From the NCBI GenBank assembly GCA_013239625.1, contig MU053966.1, forward strand, positions 1 through 42,965: 42,965 nt of DNA, written 5' to 3'. A program made the translations under genes and the position numbers. The notes under the pieces were generated by a model. That model was not told where the DNA came from, made no database searches, and saw only the letters and a program-made list of their open reading frames with translations. The DNA is from Lama guanicoe. Lineage: Eukaryota. Of the stretch, positions 22,362 through 34,420 are shown piece after piece (position 1 is the stretch's first letter; each line of letters begins with the position of its first letter).

Positions 22362-22508
22362 CTGGCAGTGGTGGTGCCAGTCGGGCATGGTGTCCCTCCA
22401 CTCGATGATCTCCCGCTGCACCACGCAGAGCTCCTGCTGCAGGAAGTGCCACATGTTGGCCAGGTTACAGCCGTTGACCCAGTTGTGGTTGATGGAGATG
22501 GTGTCCTC
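22362..22508 (-). CDS. JMJD4: JMJD4 coding exon 5
   Basis: AG/GT bounded, 147 nt; EDTISINHNWVNGCNLANMWHFLQQEL...WHHHCQ. Confidence 0.95.
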
Positions 22509-23076
22509 CTGGAAAGGGCAGGTGCAGGCTGTCCCCACAAGCCCACAGGGGGCACTGTCCCCTCCCTGTGTCCTGAGGTCCTCTCAGCCTTCCTTAGCTG
22601 GAAAGGGCTGTTCCCATCTCCCGATGGGTGCCAGAAGGGAAGAGGGAGCCGGGGCTGTGATCATCTGAATCCACAGTTAACCCAGAGTGGGGCTCCCCAG
22701 GGGCTGGGACAACCCCATGGCTTGCAGACCCCTTGCCCATTGCTGCCCAGGAAAGCAACACGGGAGGGAGGGAAAGAGGCTGGGGGCCCTCAGCAGTGCT
22801 GCGTCCAGGAGCCAGCGTGGCCACAGGCAGGACCAGCCTTGCCTGTGGTCTGCTGTGTCCCATATCTGGGCTCTCCCAGAGGAACAGCCTGCCCACTCTG
22901 GGGGACCAGGAGGGGTGGGCCCACCCCGCTCTCTGCAGGGAGGCATCTAGGAAGGCACTGAGGACGAGCAGGGCCACCTGGCAGGCCACGGGGCACAGCT
23001 GAGTGGGGAAGTCCTGTGGCCTGTCTCCCTGACCCCTCTGGACCACAGCATGTGGGGCAGGGAGGGCCCACCCTAC

Positions 23077-23344
23077 CAGGTTGTGGACTTGGTGGTGCCA
23101 CCCGCTGGGTACAAACACCATCTCGCCGGCCTCCTGTGTGACCTCCAGTGGTGGGTTACAGTGACCGAGCCTGGTGTGTAGGTGGCCATCTAGGAGTGTG
23201 GGGGAGGTCACATCGTAGGGCAGGCCACCGCGGCTATCCCGCAGGAATTCTTCTTGCCCCGGTGGGAAGAAGAACCACTTTTTCCTCCCGCAGATGTTGA
23301 CAGACCAGCTGAAGGAGCGGAAAATGTCGGCGTGGAACGGCGAC
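23077..23344 (-). CDS. JMJD4: JMJD4 coding exon 4 (JmjC Fe-binding HxD...H)
   Basis: AG/GT bounded, 268 nt; SPFHADIFRSFSWSVNICGRKKW...FVPSGWHHQVHNL. Confidence 0.96.
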
Positions 23345-23687
23345 CTGCACAAGAACTCCTGTTGGTGTCTCGTGGCTCAAATGCGGGCTGTGCGCCTTCT
23401 GAATTAGACAGGCCACGCTCCGAGGCCTCAGTGGTCCCCAGTTCTCAGACCCGGCCTGTGGGCCAGGTGGGAGGGCCAGACCTTCCCCACCCCAGAGCAG
23501 GTGCCTGGGCTCCTGCCACGGAGCAAAGAGGGTAAGTGGGCTTAGAAATGCCAGGCCTGGCAGCTACCTCCATGACCTGGCTGACGGGAATCTGAGAGGC
23601 TCTGGCCGAGAACTGACACACCAGCAGGAACAGGGGGGTGACGGGGGTCAGGGTGCAGGACGGCGGAGGGAGCAGACAGGCGGTTAC

Positions 23688-23813
23688 CAGGTGCCGCCGG
23701 GCCCCATGTAGACGAAGCGGTAGTCATCCACGCCCAGGACGTCCCAGTACTCGTTGAGCCAGTCGGACGAGAAGTACACGGACTGGGTGAACACGTCCTC
23801 CGCTGAGGAGTCC
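23688..23813 (-). CDS. JMJD4: JMJD4 coding exon 3
   Basis: AAG acceptor and GTAA donor, 126 nt; DSSAEDVFTQSVYFSSDWLNEYWDVLGVDDYRFVYMGPGGTW. Absent from the ORF track but phases fit exons 2 and 4. Confidence 0.93.
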
Positions 23814-24643
23814 CTTCAGAAAGAGGCGTGAGGCTGCAGCCGAAGGCGCTGCCAGCCCACCTCCCAGCACCCAGGTCCTGAGGCCATGAGAGACCCTGAG
23901 AGGTTTGAAGTTATGTGAATGATGCTGACCTGCCTCTGGAGCCAGCGCCAACTGCCAGGCTGAGTGGGGGCCCCTCGGGCCATCCAGCCACAGTCTGGCC
24001 ACCAGAGACCACAGTCCTAAGTGACCCCAGCCGAGCCGGGCCCAAAAGACTGAACCAGAGCTGTACACAGACGGCGCGGTTTTGGGGGTGCTGTGACACA
24101 GCCTAGCCAACACGCACAGGCAGTGACCCAGCCGTTCTGGGCCCCTCCCGGACGCGCTCCAGGCCTTCAGCCTCTGGTTCTAAATGCATCGTCTGCGTCA
24201 TGCTGGTTTCCCGACTTTGGGGGCCTCCTCTACTTTTTCACCCACACCAGAGACCTTGACTCTGCCAAGTGGATTCACAGGCATGTACACCAAGGTCCTT
24301 TGTACCTCGTCTCTCAAGCTCTCACTCCCCGGTCCATCCCCACAACCCAACCAGTGGGCTCCCAAACAGAGAAGCATTCTAAGTTAGCTCAAGGAAGGGT
24401 ACAACTCTGCCAACAGCACGGTCACACGTCACTCGCAGTCAGAGGCCGTGGCAGGGGAGCCTCAGCACCAAGTCACCCGCAGTTCCCTAAGACACCGTGC
24501 AGGCCCTCTGTTGCCACGTCTTTGTGCACTGACAGGTGCCTGCTCATCCTTCAAAACAAGGCTCAGATATCACCTCCCCTGTGGCCACCCCTGCCTGCCT
24601 GATCCAGACCTTTCTCTGCTCTTTTTATTTTAGGGTTGCCAAG

Positions 24644-25086
24644 GGAAATGCAGGGCACTCCATCAAGACTGACTTTCAAATAAACAACGAACGCGTTTCC
24701 AGGCTAAGCGTGCCCCCTGTGACATCTGGGACACTCCTGCACCTGAAAACCCCTCACAGCTTATCTGAGGCCCGAACTCACCGCACGTGAGCATCTGTGT
24801 CTCTGAGCTCATCTGCGTTCCTGGAACGAGCTCCTGAGCTCTAGGACCAGAGTCTGGCTGCATCAGGAAATGCAGGGCACTCCATCAAGACTGACTTTCA
24901 AATAAACAACGAACGCGTTTCCAGGCTAAGCGTGCCCCCTGTGACATCTGGGACACCCCTGCACCTGAAAACCCCTCACGGCTTATCTGAGGCCCAAACT
25001 CACTGCACGTGAGCATCTGTGTCTCTGAGCTCATCTGCGTTCCTGGAACGAGCTCCTGAGCTCTAGGACCAGAGTCTGGCTGCATC
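24644..25086. repeat. Two-copy tandem duplication, period 222 bp, in JMJD4 intron 2
   Basis: 24644-24864 vs 24866-25086, about 4 substitutions seen. Confidence 0.92.
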
Positions 25087-25284
25087 TCACCCACCGTCTG
25101 TTGGACCCGCGCGCTCTGCCAAGCAAGCAGCCATGTGGCAGACAGCACCCAGGGCAAGCTTTGAGCAGGATGCTGGTGCCCCTCGTGCACTCTCGGATTC
25201 ATCTTGGGACTCACTAGGATCTAAGGTTTGTTTTTTGTTTTTTTGAGTCTTAGTTCCTGCTTGAGCAAAACAAGAATTCGACTG

Positions 25285-25470
25285 TTCACTCATTCATTAT
25301 TGGAGCACCCACTCTGTGCCAGGTGGTGCCAGTAGGTGGGGGTCTGACCGTGATCCCCTCTCGGCTAGTGAAAAGCACGGCCCTGGCAAGGAAAAGGGAT
25401 ACAAAATTCTGAGGGCCACCTCAGAGTATGAGTGCCAGCAGAAGGCGTGGGGCTGCCCAAGGAAGGGAGA
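25285..25470 (-). mobile_element. L2 3' fragment
   Basis: ttcactcattcattattggagcacccactctgtgccagg is the reverse complement of a typical L2 3' end. Confidence 0.55.
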
Positions 25471-25987
25471 GGTTTCTCAAGCAGCGTCCTTAGAGCTCCC
25501 CAGGAGGAAGAAGTTTGTGGTCGACGGGGACAGACCTCAGAAGGCCCCGTTAAAGTGTTGGCCTCGTTGCTTGTTAGCAATGGAGACTTTAAACGGGCAG
25601 GACACAGTCCTGCCGGAAAGATCTTTGGGGCTTCAGTGAGTCTAGCAGTAGGGTGCAGGACTTGAGCTGGGGCAGCTAGTCTGGAGACTGGCAGCAGCCA
25701 AGGTGGATGAGAACAAGCCTGACTTGGAAGGGTTTCTCAAGCAGCGTCCTTCGAGCTCCCCAGGAGGAAGAAGTTTGTGGTCGACAGGGACAGACCTCAG
25801 AAGGCCCCGTTAAAATGTTGGCCTCGTTGCTTGTTAGCAATGGAGACTTTAAACGGGCAGGACATAGTCCTGCCGAAAAGATCTTTGGGGCTTCAGTGAG
25901 TCTAGCAGAGGGTGCGGGACTTGAGCTGGGGCAGCTTGTCTGGAGACTGGCAGCAGCCAAGGTGGATGAGAACAAGCCTGACTTGGA
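25471..25987. repeat. Two-copy tandem duplication, period 260 bp, in JMJD4 intron 2
   Basis: 25471-25728 vs 25731-25987, about 8 differences including a 1-nt indel. Confidence 0.92.
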
Positions 25988-26364
25988 GAAGCAGGTTGGG
26001 AGAGGGCAGGCTGATCCCAGGAGCATCTGAGAGGACAGGCAAAAGCTAGATGCTGCCAGTTAGATTTTTTAGATGAAGCTGACAAGGACAGCTATGGGCA
26101 AATGTAACCAAAAAAAAAAAAAAGGTAGCAAGCACAGCCCACCTGGGCCTCTGCCAGGCCCACACTCCTCACAGCAGCCAGCCCTGTCCAGGCATGGTGA
26201 AATGGCCGCTACGGGACAGAATGACACTTCCAACCATGCTGAAGAGAGCGGGTTTTATACGAATTAAATTCTTAGCTGGGGAAAAGACGAGCTCCCCTGT
26301 GTGCAGCCAGGACTCACTCATGGCAGGAAAAGCAGTGCTGGGGCCAGTGCTCCAGGCCCTTTAC

Positions 26365-26530
26365 CTGCATAGATGCCAGTCCTTGAGGTAGAGACAGCCC
26401 CGTGGAGAGGAGTAGTTCCCCTGAATGTACTCTTTCCAGTAGCTGATGTAGTCTCTGAGGGGCATGTGTTCTTTGGGGTTGGAGTTGTATTCTTGGACCC
26501 CACAGTTTGCAACAGGTACAACCAGGTGTC
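26365..26530 (-). CDS. JMJD4: JMJD4 coding exon 2
   Basis: AG/GT bounded, 166 nt; HLVVPVANCGVQEYNSNPKEHMPLRDYISYWKEY...CLYLKDWHLCR. Confidence 0.96.
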
Positions 26531-26818
26531 CTGAAAGGCAAGGGTCAGGCACAGACTTTTCTGAGAGTGCTCCAGCCTGTCTATCCTCCCTGACCCTGTC
26601 TGCCCTCCAACTCATTGGTGCACACGTCTCCAGATGAATTCTTCTGGGGACCGACTCATGCCCTGCCTCCCTCAAGCCTTCCGCGGCTTGCCTCATTAGC
26701 GCCCTCACAGTCTGACCCAAGGGAATTTAGCAGGGCGAGTGTCAAAGGACACCGGCTCTAGTCCCGTGTTTGCTAGTCCGTGATGTCGCTGCCCAGCCCA
26801 GGCACTTGCGCTCCTCAC

Positions 26819-27083
26819 CGTAGTTCTGAAGCAGATAATCGAAGTTGGGCTTTCCGCCGGGCGTCACCCAGAGCCTCCTACTGCCCCAGTCCTCGGTGAA
26901 AGCGCTGGAGAAAACACAGGGCAAGTTGGGGAGCAGGTAGCCCTTGAAGAAGTCCGCGTAGGAGAAGGCGTCTGGCTTCTCGATGAAGTCCACGCGGTCC
27001 AGTTTGGGGCAGACCCTGCCGGGTAGGCGCCCCCGAAGCCCTCGGAAGTGGCTCTCGGCGAACACGCGCGTGTCCCTGTCCAT
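26819..27083 (-). CDS. JMJD4: JMJD4 coding exon 1 (2-oxoglutarate/Fe(II) oxygenase JMJD4; spliced CDS 1275 nt, 424 aa)
   Basis: ATG at 27083; MDRDTRVFAESHFRGL...FSYADFFKGYLLPNLPCVFSSAFT...NFDYLLQNYG; GTGAG donor. All six exons join in frame. Confidence 0.95.
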
Positions 27084-27559
27084 CCCGAGCCAGGCCCCGC
27101 GTCTGTGGGGCGCGGATCGCGTAGGGTGGGGGCCTGCCGGGGGGTCGGGAGGGCTACTGGGAATGGGGCAAGGGTCGGGGGCGCTCGGAGGAGCTGCTGC
27201 GGACAAGGTGGGGGGCTGCCGGGCGGCCAGAGGAGCCGCCCCGGACCGGAGGGGCCGCCAGGGACGGAGCGGCGGCCACGGCCCGGCGGAGAGCGGGGGC
27301 CCATAATCCGGCTTCCGGATTCCCCCTTCTCTGCTCTTTAAACTGGGAGGTGAAAAAGGAAGTGCTTGCTAAAACTACTACCGGCGTAGACGCTCTGGGC
27401 ATCCGCAGCTCGCCGCCCAGCGCCCGCGATCACGAAGAAGGCGAAGTACAGGCACCGGTAGTGCGCAGTCGTCCCGGCGCAGTCGGGGGGAACCAAGATT
27501 CCGCGGGCGCAGTTCCCGCCGGAGCCTAAACGCCGCGCGCCGGGCGCCGGCCGCCGGGC

Positions 27560-27709
27560 GCATGCTCACACAGGCAGCGGCCCTCAGCTGGCGCAGGCAC
27601 TGAGGGGCTGCGGTGCCCTGGGCCCCACGCCGGGTCCGCCCCGCTCCAGAGGTTTTTGAACGGTGCGGGCCCCGAGTCTCGCTGTCTTCGCGCCTCCCCA
27701 GTGACTCAG
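27560..27709 (+). other. SNAP47: Probable non-coding first exon of SNAP47 (5' boundary approximate)
   Basis: Strong donor CAG|GTAAGC at 27709/27710 at the downstream edge of the CpG island, on the SNAP47 strand. Confidence 0.55.
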
Positions 27710-29135
27710 GTAAGCGGTGTTCCTAGTCTGCAGCTGGGCCTGTGTCCCAAGCCCCTCCGCTGGTCCCTCAGCACAATTTCTCCCGCCGCTAATGCCTGCG
27801 TGAGAACCCCTCCTCTTCCCGGAGCTACAAGGACGCAGAAGGTGGTGGCATGTGGGCTGGGCTAACAAAGAGGCACAAGGGCCAAAGGAGCGGTCCTGGG
27901 AGGTGCCGGGGGTCTAAGGGGATGCTGAGGGCCTGGAGGGGACGCTGGGGGCTAAGGGGGATGCTGGGGGCCAGGAGAGGTTGGTGGGACCTGGAGGACA
28001 TGCTGGGGGACTAGGGATGATTTGAAGTGCAGGTGTAGGGGACAGGGCTGGGGACATGAGGCTGTGCACACCAGCAGACCTGAAGTGGGGCATCAGAGGG
28101 GGACTTGGGTGGGGGTGACATGTCAGGGTTTCAGCATGTTTGAGAAATAGATGTCCTTCCAACACCAACCTCCCCACATCAATATGGAAGGAAGAAAATA
28201 GGTCTGTTATTGTATGGGCAGATTACATGCATGTAAGGCATCTGCAGGAGAGTACAGAGGTGGGCAGAACTTCAGACATTTCACACACAGGAAGCAGAAG
28301 AAAGAAAAGGTATGACCCCCACCCCCACCCCTGTCTCCTGTCTCCTTGAGGGTAAAAGAAATGCAGGAGCGACCCCTGCCTCAGTCCTGGAGGTGTGTGT
28401 TTGCATCTCTGAGTCAGCAGGTGGTGACTGTGCCTTGTAAAATCTGAACACTGAGTTTGTTCCATTCCTGACCAAAGGAGACACCCAAAGGGAAGGGGAG
28501 GGGCAACTCCCTCCTCTTTATTAAGCAGTGAAGATGTAATCTTGTTTATTTACCCTTATAGGTGTCATAAGGGAGATTCTGAGGATATTGAGGCCCTGAG
28601 CTTTGGAGAGGAGCTTGGGAAGGGTATTTCCCAGGGGTGTGAAGCTTATGCAGCAGGACAACAGCGAGGACCAGAAGTGGGGAAAGGCAGAGGAGGGGAA
28701 GACTAGGAAGACAGTGAGTTTGGGAGAGTTTGGAGTCCAGGTAGAGGAGGGGGCTAAAAGTGAAAGCTGAGAACATGGGCTAGATAGGACAGGCGGTCGA
28801 GAGTTTGTGGCGAGCAGACCAGTGTGAGGGGTTGTGTGACTCTGTGCACTATGCTCCCTTCCCAGTCTGGCTCCTTGTGCCTCATGTGGTCAGGCTGTGG
28901 AATTCTTCATTGGGCCAGTGTGGGGCAGAAAGTGAGAATGCGCTGGGAAGCTACAATAGAGAAAAAGAGTCACCTTTAATCCCATCAAGAGATGAGCACC
29001 TTTTCATTTCTTGATAGTTATCCTTCCAGGCACTTACTTGTTTTTCTATTTTTTAATTTAAAAAATTTAATTGAAGTGTAATCAGTTTACAATGTTGTGT
29101 CAATTTCTGGTGTACAGCACAATGCTTCAGTCATA

Positions 29136-29946
29136 NNNNNNNNNNNNNNNNNNNNNNNNNNNNNNNNNNNNNNNNNNNNNNNNNNNNNNNNNNNNNNNNN
29201 NNNNNNNNNNNNNNNNNNNNNNNNNNNNNNNNNNNNNNNNNNNNNNNNNNNNNNNNNNNNNNNNNNNNNNNNNNNNNNNNNNCTCCTTAACTATTTAAGT
29301 TGTAAGTTGAGATCATGGAAGGCAAATAGGAAGAGTGTGGGAAGCAGAGTTTTCACAGTTGCCTAAGATTTGGGAACTATGGCTCAAAGTTTGCCTCATA
29401 GGGGAGGGGANNNNNNNNNNNNNNNNNNNNNNNNNNNNNNNNNNNNNNNNNNNNNNNNNNNNNNNNNNNNNNNNNNNNNNNNNNNNNNNNNNNNNNNNNN
29501 NNNNNNNNNNNNNNNNNNNNNNNNNNNNNNNNNNNNNNNNNNNNNNNNNNNNNNNNNNNNNNNNNNNNNNNNNNNNNNNNNNNNNNNNNNNNNNNNNNNN
29601 NNNNNNNNNNNNNNNNNNNNNNNNNNNNNNNNNNNNNNNNNNNNNNNNNNNNNNNNNNNNNNNNNNNNNNNNNNNNNNNNNNNNNNNNNNNNNNNNNNNN
29701 NNNNNNNNNNNNNNNNNNNNNNNNNNNNNNNNNNNNNNNNNNNNNNNNNNNNNNNNNNNNNNNNNNNNNNNNNNNNNNNNNNNNNNNNNNNNNNNNNNNN
29801 NNNNNNNNNNNNNNNNNNNNNNNNNNNNNNNNNNNNNNNNNNNNNNNNNNNNNNNNNNNNNNNNNNNNNNNNNNNNNNNNNNNNNNNNNNNNNNNNNNNN
29901 NNNNNNNNNNNNNNNNNNNNNNNNNNNNNNNNNNNNNNNNNNNNNN
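29136..29946. other. Assembly gaps (N runs 29136-29282 and 29411-29946)
   Basis: N characters. Confidence 0.99.
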
Positions 29947-29947
29947 N

Positions 29948-31538
29948 CGCCGGCCGCCGGGCGCATGCTCACACAGGCAGCGGCCCTCAGCTGGCGCAGG
30001 CACTGAGGGGCTGCGGTGCCCTGGGCCCCACGCCGGGTCCGCCCCGCTCCAGAGGTTTTTGAACGGTGCGGGCCCCGAGTCTCGCTGTCTTCGCGCCTCC
30101 CCAGTGACTCAGGTAAGCGGTGTTCCTAGTCTGCAGCTGGGCCTGTGTCCCAAGCCCCTCCGCTGGTCCCTCAGCACAATTTCTCCCGCCGCTAATGCCT
30201 GCGTGAGAACCCCTCCTCTTCCCGGAGCTACAAGGACGCAGAAGGTGGTGGCATGTGGGCTGGGCTAACAAAGAGGCACAAGGGCCAAAGGAGCGGTCCT
30301 GGGAGGTGCCGGGGGTCTAAGGGGATGCTGAGGGCCTGGAGGGGACGCTGGGGGCTAAGGGGGATGCTGGGGGCCAGGAGAGGTTGGTGGGACCTGGAGG
30401 ACATGCTGGGGGACTAGGGATGATTTGAAGTGCAGGTGTAGGGGACAGGGCTGGGGACATGAGGCTGTGCACACCAGCAGACCTGAAATGGGGCATCAGA
30501 GGGGGACTTGGGTGGGGGTGACATGTCAGGGTTTCAGCATGTTTGAGAAATAGATGTCCTTCCAACACCAACCTCCCCACATCAATATGGAAGGAAGAAA
30601 ATAGGTCTGTTATTGTATGGGCAGATTACATGCATGTAAGGCATCTGCAGGAGAGTACAGAGGTGGGCAGAACTTCAGACATTTCACACACAGGAAGCAG
30701 AAGAAAGAAAAGGTATGACCCCCACCCCCACCCCTGTCTCCTGTCTCCTTGAGGGTAAAAGAAATGCAGGAGCGACCCCTGCCTCAGTCCTGGAGGTGTG
30801 TGTTTGCATCTCTGAGTCAGCAGGTGGTGACTGTGCCTTGTAAAATCTGAACACTGAGTTTGTTCCATTCCTGACCAAAGGAGACACCCAAAGGGAAGGG
30901 GAGGGGCAACTCCCTCCTCTTTATTAAGCAGTGAAGATGTAATCTTGTTTATTTACCCTTGTAGGTGTCATAAGGGAGATTCTGAGGATACTGAGGCCCT
31001 GAGCTTTGGAGAGGAGCTTGGGAAGGGTATTTCCCAGGGGTGTGAAGCTTATGCAGCAGGACAACAGCGAGGACCAGAAGTGGGGAAAGGCAGAGGAGGG
31101 GAAGACTAGGAAGACAGTGAGTTTGGGAGAGTCTGGAGTCCAGGTAGAGGAGGGGGCCAAAAGTGAAAGCTGAGAACATGGGCTAGATAGGACAGGCGGT
31201 CGAGAGTTTGTGGCGAGCAGACCAGTGTGAGGGGTTGTGTGACTCTGTGCACTATGCTCTCTTCCCAGTCTGGCTCCTTGTGCCTCATGTGGTCAGGCTG
31301 TGGAATTCTTCATTGGGCCAGTGTGGGGCAGAAAGTGAGAATGCGCTGGGAAGCTACAATAGAGAAAAAGAGTCACCTTTAATCCCATCAAGAGATGAGC
31401 ACCTTTTCATTTCTTGATAGTTATCCTTCCAGGCACTTACTTGTTTTTCTATTTTTTAATTTAAAAAATTTAATTGAAGTGTAATCAGTTTACAATGTTG
31501 TGTCAATTTCTGGTGTACAGCACAATGCTTCAGTCATA
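29948..31538. repeat. Second copy of 27545-29135 (offset 2403), starting right after an N gap; likely uncollapsed haplotype
   Basis: Near identical over ~1.6 kb, about 6 transitions seen. The contig island 29283-29410 likewise matches ~31745-31872. Confidence 0.9.
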
Positions 31539-31580
31539 CAGGAACATACATATATTTGTTTTCATATTCTTTTTCACCAG
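31450..31580 (-). mobile_element. Short camelid-type L1 3' end fragment (also partly at 29047-29135)
   Basis: ttgaagtgtaatcagtttacaatgttgtgtcaatttctggtgtacagcacaatg...catattcttttt. Confidence 0.7.
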
Positions 31581-31950
31581 TCATTTATTTTTTTTCTCTC
31601 CCTCTCTGCACCCACATAGACACAGGGTCTCTCTGTTTTACATATATGCAAGTTTATGTATGTAAGCTTCTTCTGCTTTTAGCTTTTTAAAGAGGATTAA
31701 CAATATATGGTCAGCTTCTTGCTGCTTGTTGACCAGGTAGGTGCTCCTTAACTATTTGGTTTAAGTTGTAAGTTGAGATCATGGAAGGCAAATAGGAAGA
31801 GTGTGGGAAGCAGAGTTTGCACAGTTGCCTAAGATTTGGGAACTATGGCTCAAAGTTTGCCTCATAGGGGAGATAGGAAAGTCAGGTAGTCATTGCCTCA
31901 GAGGAACCCCAGGATTTCAGCTCCTGAAGCTGTGTGGTTGAGACTAAGTT

Positions 31951-32580
31951 TCATAAGGAAGGAGAGGCTTTAGGCCAGCAGGTCCACACGCTCCCCAGGA
32001 TTGTTGGGACAACTGACCCAGTAACTCCGAGTAGGAGAGGAAGTCTCCTTTCTTGAGCATTTGCCCTGGGCCAGGTATTTTGTATGGTGTTTGTCCTCGT
32101 TCACACAGTGGCCCTCTGATGTTGGCAGCGTTACCTCCACTGTGCACATGAGGCTTCAGCTTAAGTAGCATGATCAGAGTTGGGACTGGAACTCAGGTCT
32201 GTATCCCTCCAAGGCCCTAGACAGCAGCCCTGGCGTCACCTGGGAACTGTTGAGCAATGCACACTCATAAGGAAGGAGAGGCTTTAGGCCAGCAGGTCCA
32301 CACGCTCCCCAGGATTGTTGGGACAACTGACCCAGTAACTCCGAGTAGGAGAGCAAGTCTCCTTTCTTGAGCATTTGCCCTGGGCCAGGCATTTTGTGTG
32401 GTATTTGTCCTCGTTCACACAGTGGCCCTCTGATGTTGGCAGCGTTACCTCCACTGTGCACATGAGGCTTCAGCTTAAGTAGCATGATCAGAGTTGGGAC
32501 TGGAACTCAGGTCTGTATCCCTCCAAGGCCCTAGACAGCAGCCCTGGCGTCACCTGGGAACTGTTGAGCAATGCACACTC
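31951..32580. repeat. Two-copy tandem duplication, period 314 bp, in SNAP47 intron
   Basis: 31951-32266 vs 32265-32580 with 2-nt TC junction overlap, about 4 substitutions. It ends inside a MER5A-like fragment. Confidence 0.92.
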
Positions 32581-33369
32581 CTGGGTCCCACCCAGACCTG
32601 AATCAGAACCTGGGGTGGGACATACCCCACAGAGGGCCAGAAAAGGGAAATGGTAGGAGAGGGGATCACAAGTCAGCACTTCGTTGGAAATGCAGTGGGA
32701 ATAACAAAATTCTAGCGCTCTGCTCTGAGAGGTTAGAAAGACAGTGTGTACCATGTGAATAGGCCATGTGATTGCAACGGAACACCCCCAAACAGCACGT
32801 TTGAACCTCCCAGGTTGAGAGTGGGAGCCTCTGAGGAGCAGGAGGTGAAGGTAATGGAAAAGACTGGCCACTGGTGCCTGGAGACACTGCTCCCACTGTT
32901 CTGACTCTAAGCCTTCTTGTGGTCAGGAGTTACTGGAAGGTGTGTAAAATGTCGCTTGGTCTGTTTCTTTGGAAATTGACTAAAAATAGGGTGTTTACCT
33001 GATACTGCGTCTACTCCAGGGCACAGGTCTGATGGAAGTGCTAAGAGAGACCCATTATACTAACTGCCGTGTGTTAGAAGTTCAGTCCCTGGGACCACTT
33101 GTTTCTTTCCCGGGAGCGTCACTGTGTGGACCAGCCTCAGACACTCCTGGGGTGCCTTACCATTACCTCCTCTCCCTAGCCCAGCTTTACCCACAGGGGC
33201 AGCACAAGTCTACGGGTCTTTTCACTGGGAGATGCGGGTTCCAGGTTACAGCAGGTGGAAACCAAATAAGGCCTCCAGGAACTTAGCTTAGAACAGAGAC
33301 CGAGGTCAGCACGTAGAAGGAAGAAAACTGTTCAGAGGGGACACGGTTGATGTTTTCGTGTTATATGCG

Positions 33370-34420
33370 GTTCACTCAGCACATACTTACTGGGTTCCTG
33401 TGATGTGCTGGCATTGTGCACAAGGCACCCTCCTTGTGATGCTTGCCTTCTCCGGTGTGTCGCCGAGTTGGCACCATGTAAGCACAGTCACAGGCTCTGT
33501 GGAGTTAAGGGGAGTGCTGTGGTCGGAGAAGGGTCTGTTATGGGGGAGAGGATGCCACTGGAGCAGCGACCTGGGGAGCAAGATGGAGGTGGCCATTTAG
33601 TGTCCCAGGAGCAGCAGGGTGGGGAGCCTTGAGGCAGGAACAGAGGAGAGAGGAGGGGCTGGGTGGTGAGGCTGTAGTTGGTAAAGCCTGCATGGCTGGG
33701 GTGGGGACTTTGGATTTTACTCGAGGCACGAAGGGGAAGAGTGGCATTTTCTAATTTTGCTTTATAACTGTCACATTGGCTGCTGGATGGACAGTGTGTG
33801 GTGGGGGCAGAATGAAACAAGCAGGCCAGTTGGGAGGCTGTCCAGGAGAGTAGTGACACTTTTGCATAGTATCGTGGCTGCGGGGATGGGGAAGCAGAGG
33901 GCAGACGGGAGGTACGACTGCCAGGACTGGATGATGGCTTGTTGGGAGGGGCGAGGAAGGGGGATCCAGGAGAAGTTACCTGGCAGTGCCTTCACTGAGC
34001 TGCAGGAGCAGACGGAGTGGCTTGCTAAGTTGGAAGTGCTCGTTGGATGGTCAGGCAGAGAGGCCCCGTCAGTACTCAAGTCCCAGAGAGTCTGGGCTGG
34101 AGGGGAAGGTTTGGGAGGCATCGGCCTGGAGGTGATACCAACGCCGTGAAACTGTGTTGACTCACTTGGGAGAAGAGTAGTCATTAAGACCAAGGCCATG
34201 ACTGAGCCATTCTAGCAGTTAGCAGTCAGGTGGACGAGGAAGCATCAGCACAGGAGGCTGAAAACAGGCCCTCGGGGAGTGGGAGGCCAGGGGAGCATGG
34301 TATCCAGGAAGCCAGGATGTGACGTCTCTCGGGAGTGGGGCAGCTGTGCTGAAAGGAGGTTAGGGTAAACGTGGGCGTGGGATCTGGCTCCCTGGGGGCC
34401 GGGGCAGAGCAGTGTCAGTG
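33370..34420 (-). mobile_element. L2 element fragments
   Basis: ttcactcagcacatacttactgggttcctgtgatgtgctggc 3' end plus purine-rich L2 body (ggactttggattttactc...gggaag). Confidence 0.6.

Larger units (their letters stand above)
26770..27720. promoter_or_regulatory. CpG island / bidirectional JMJD4-SNAP47 promoter
   Basis: Very high GC and CpG content. ETS-like CCGGAAG on the minus strand at 27312-27318, NRF1-like GCGCATGC at 27558-27565, divergent gene arrangement. Confidence 0.85.

Noticed and set aside
22594..23352. 252-aa ORF as a single-exon gene
   Set aside because: It is JMJD4 exon 4 reading through into GC-rich intron 4.
29071..30062. Long ORFs in the ORF track
   Set aside because: They run through N gaps and are artefacts.
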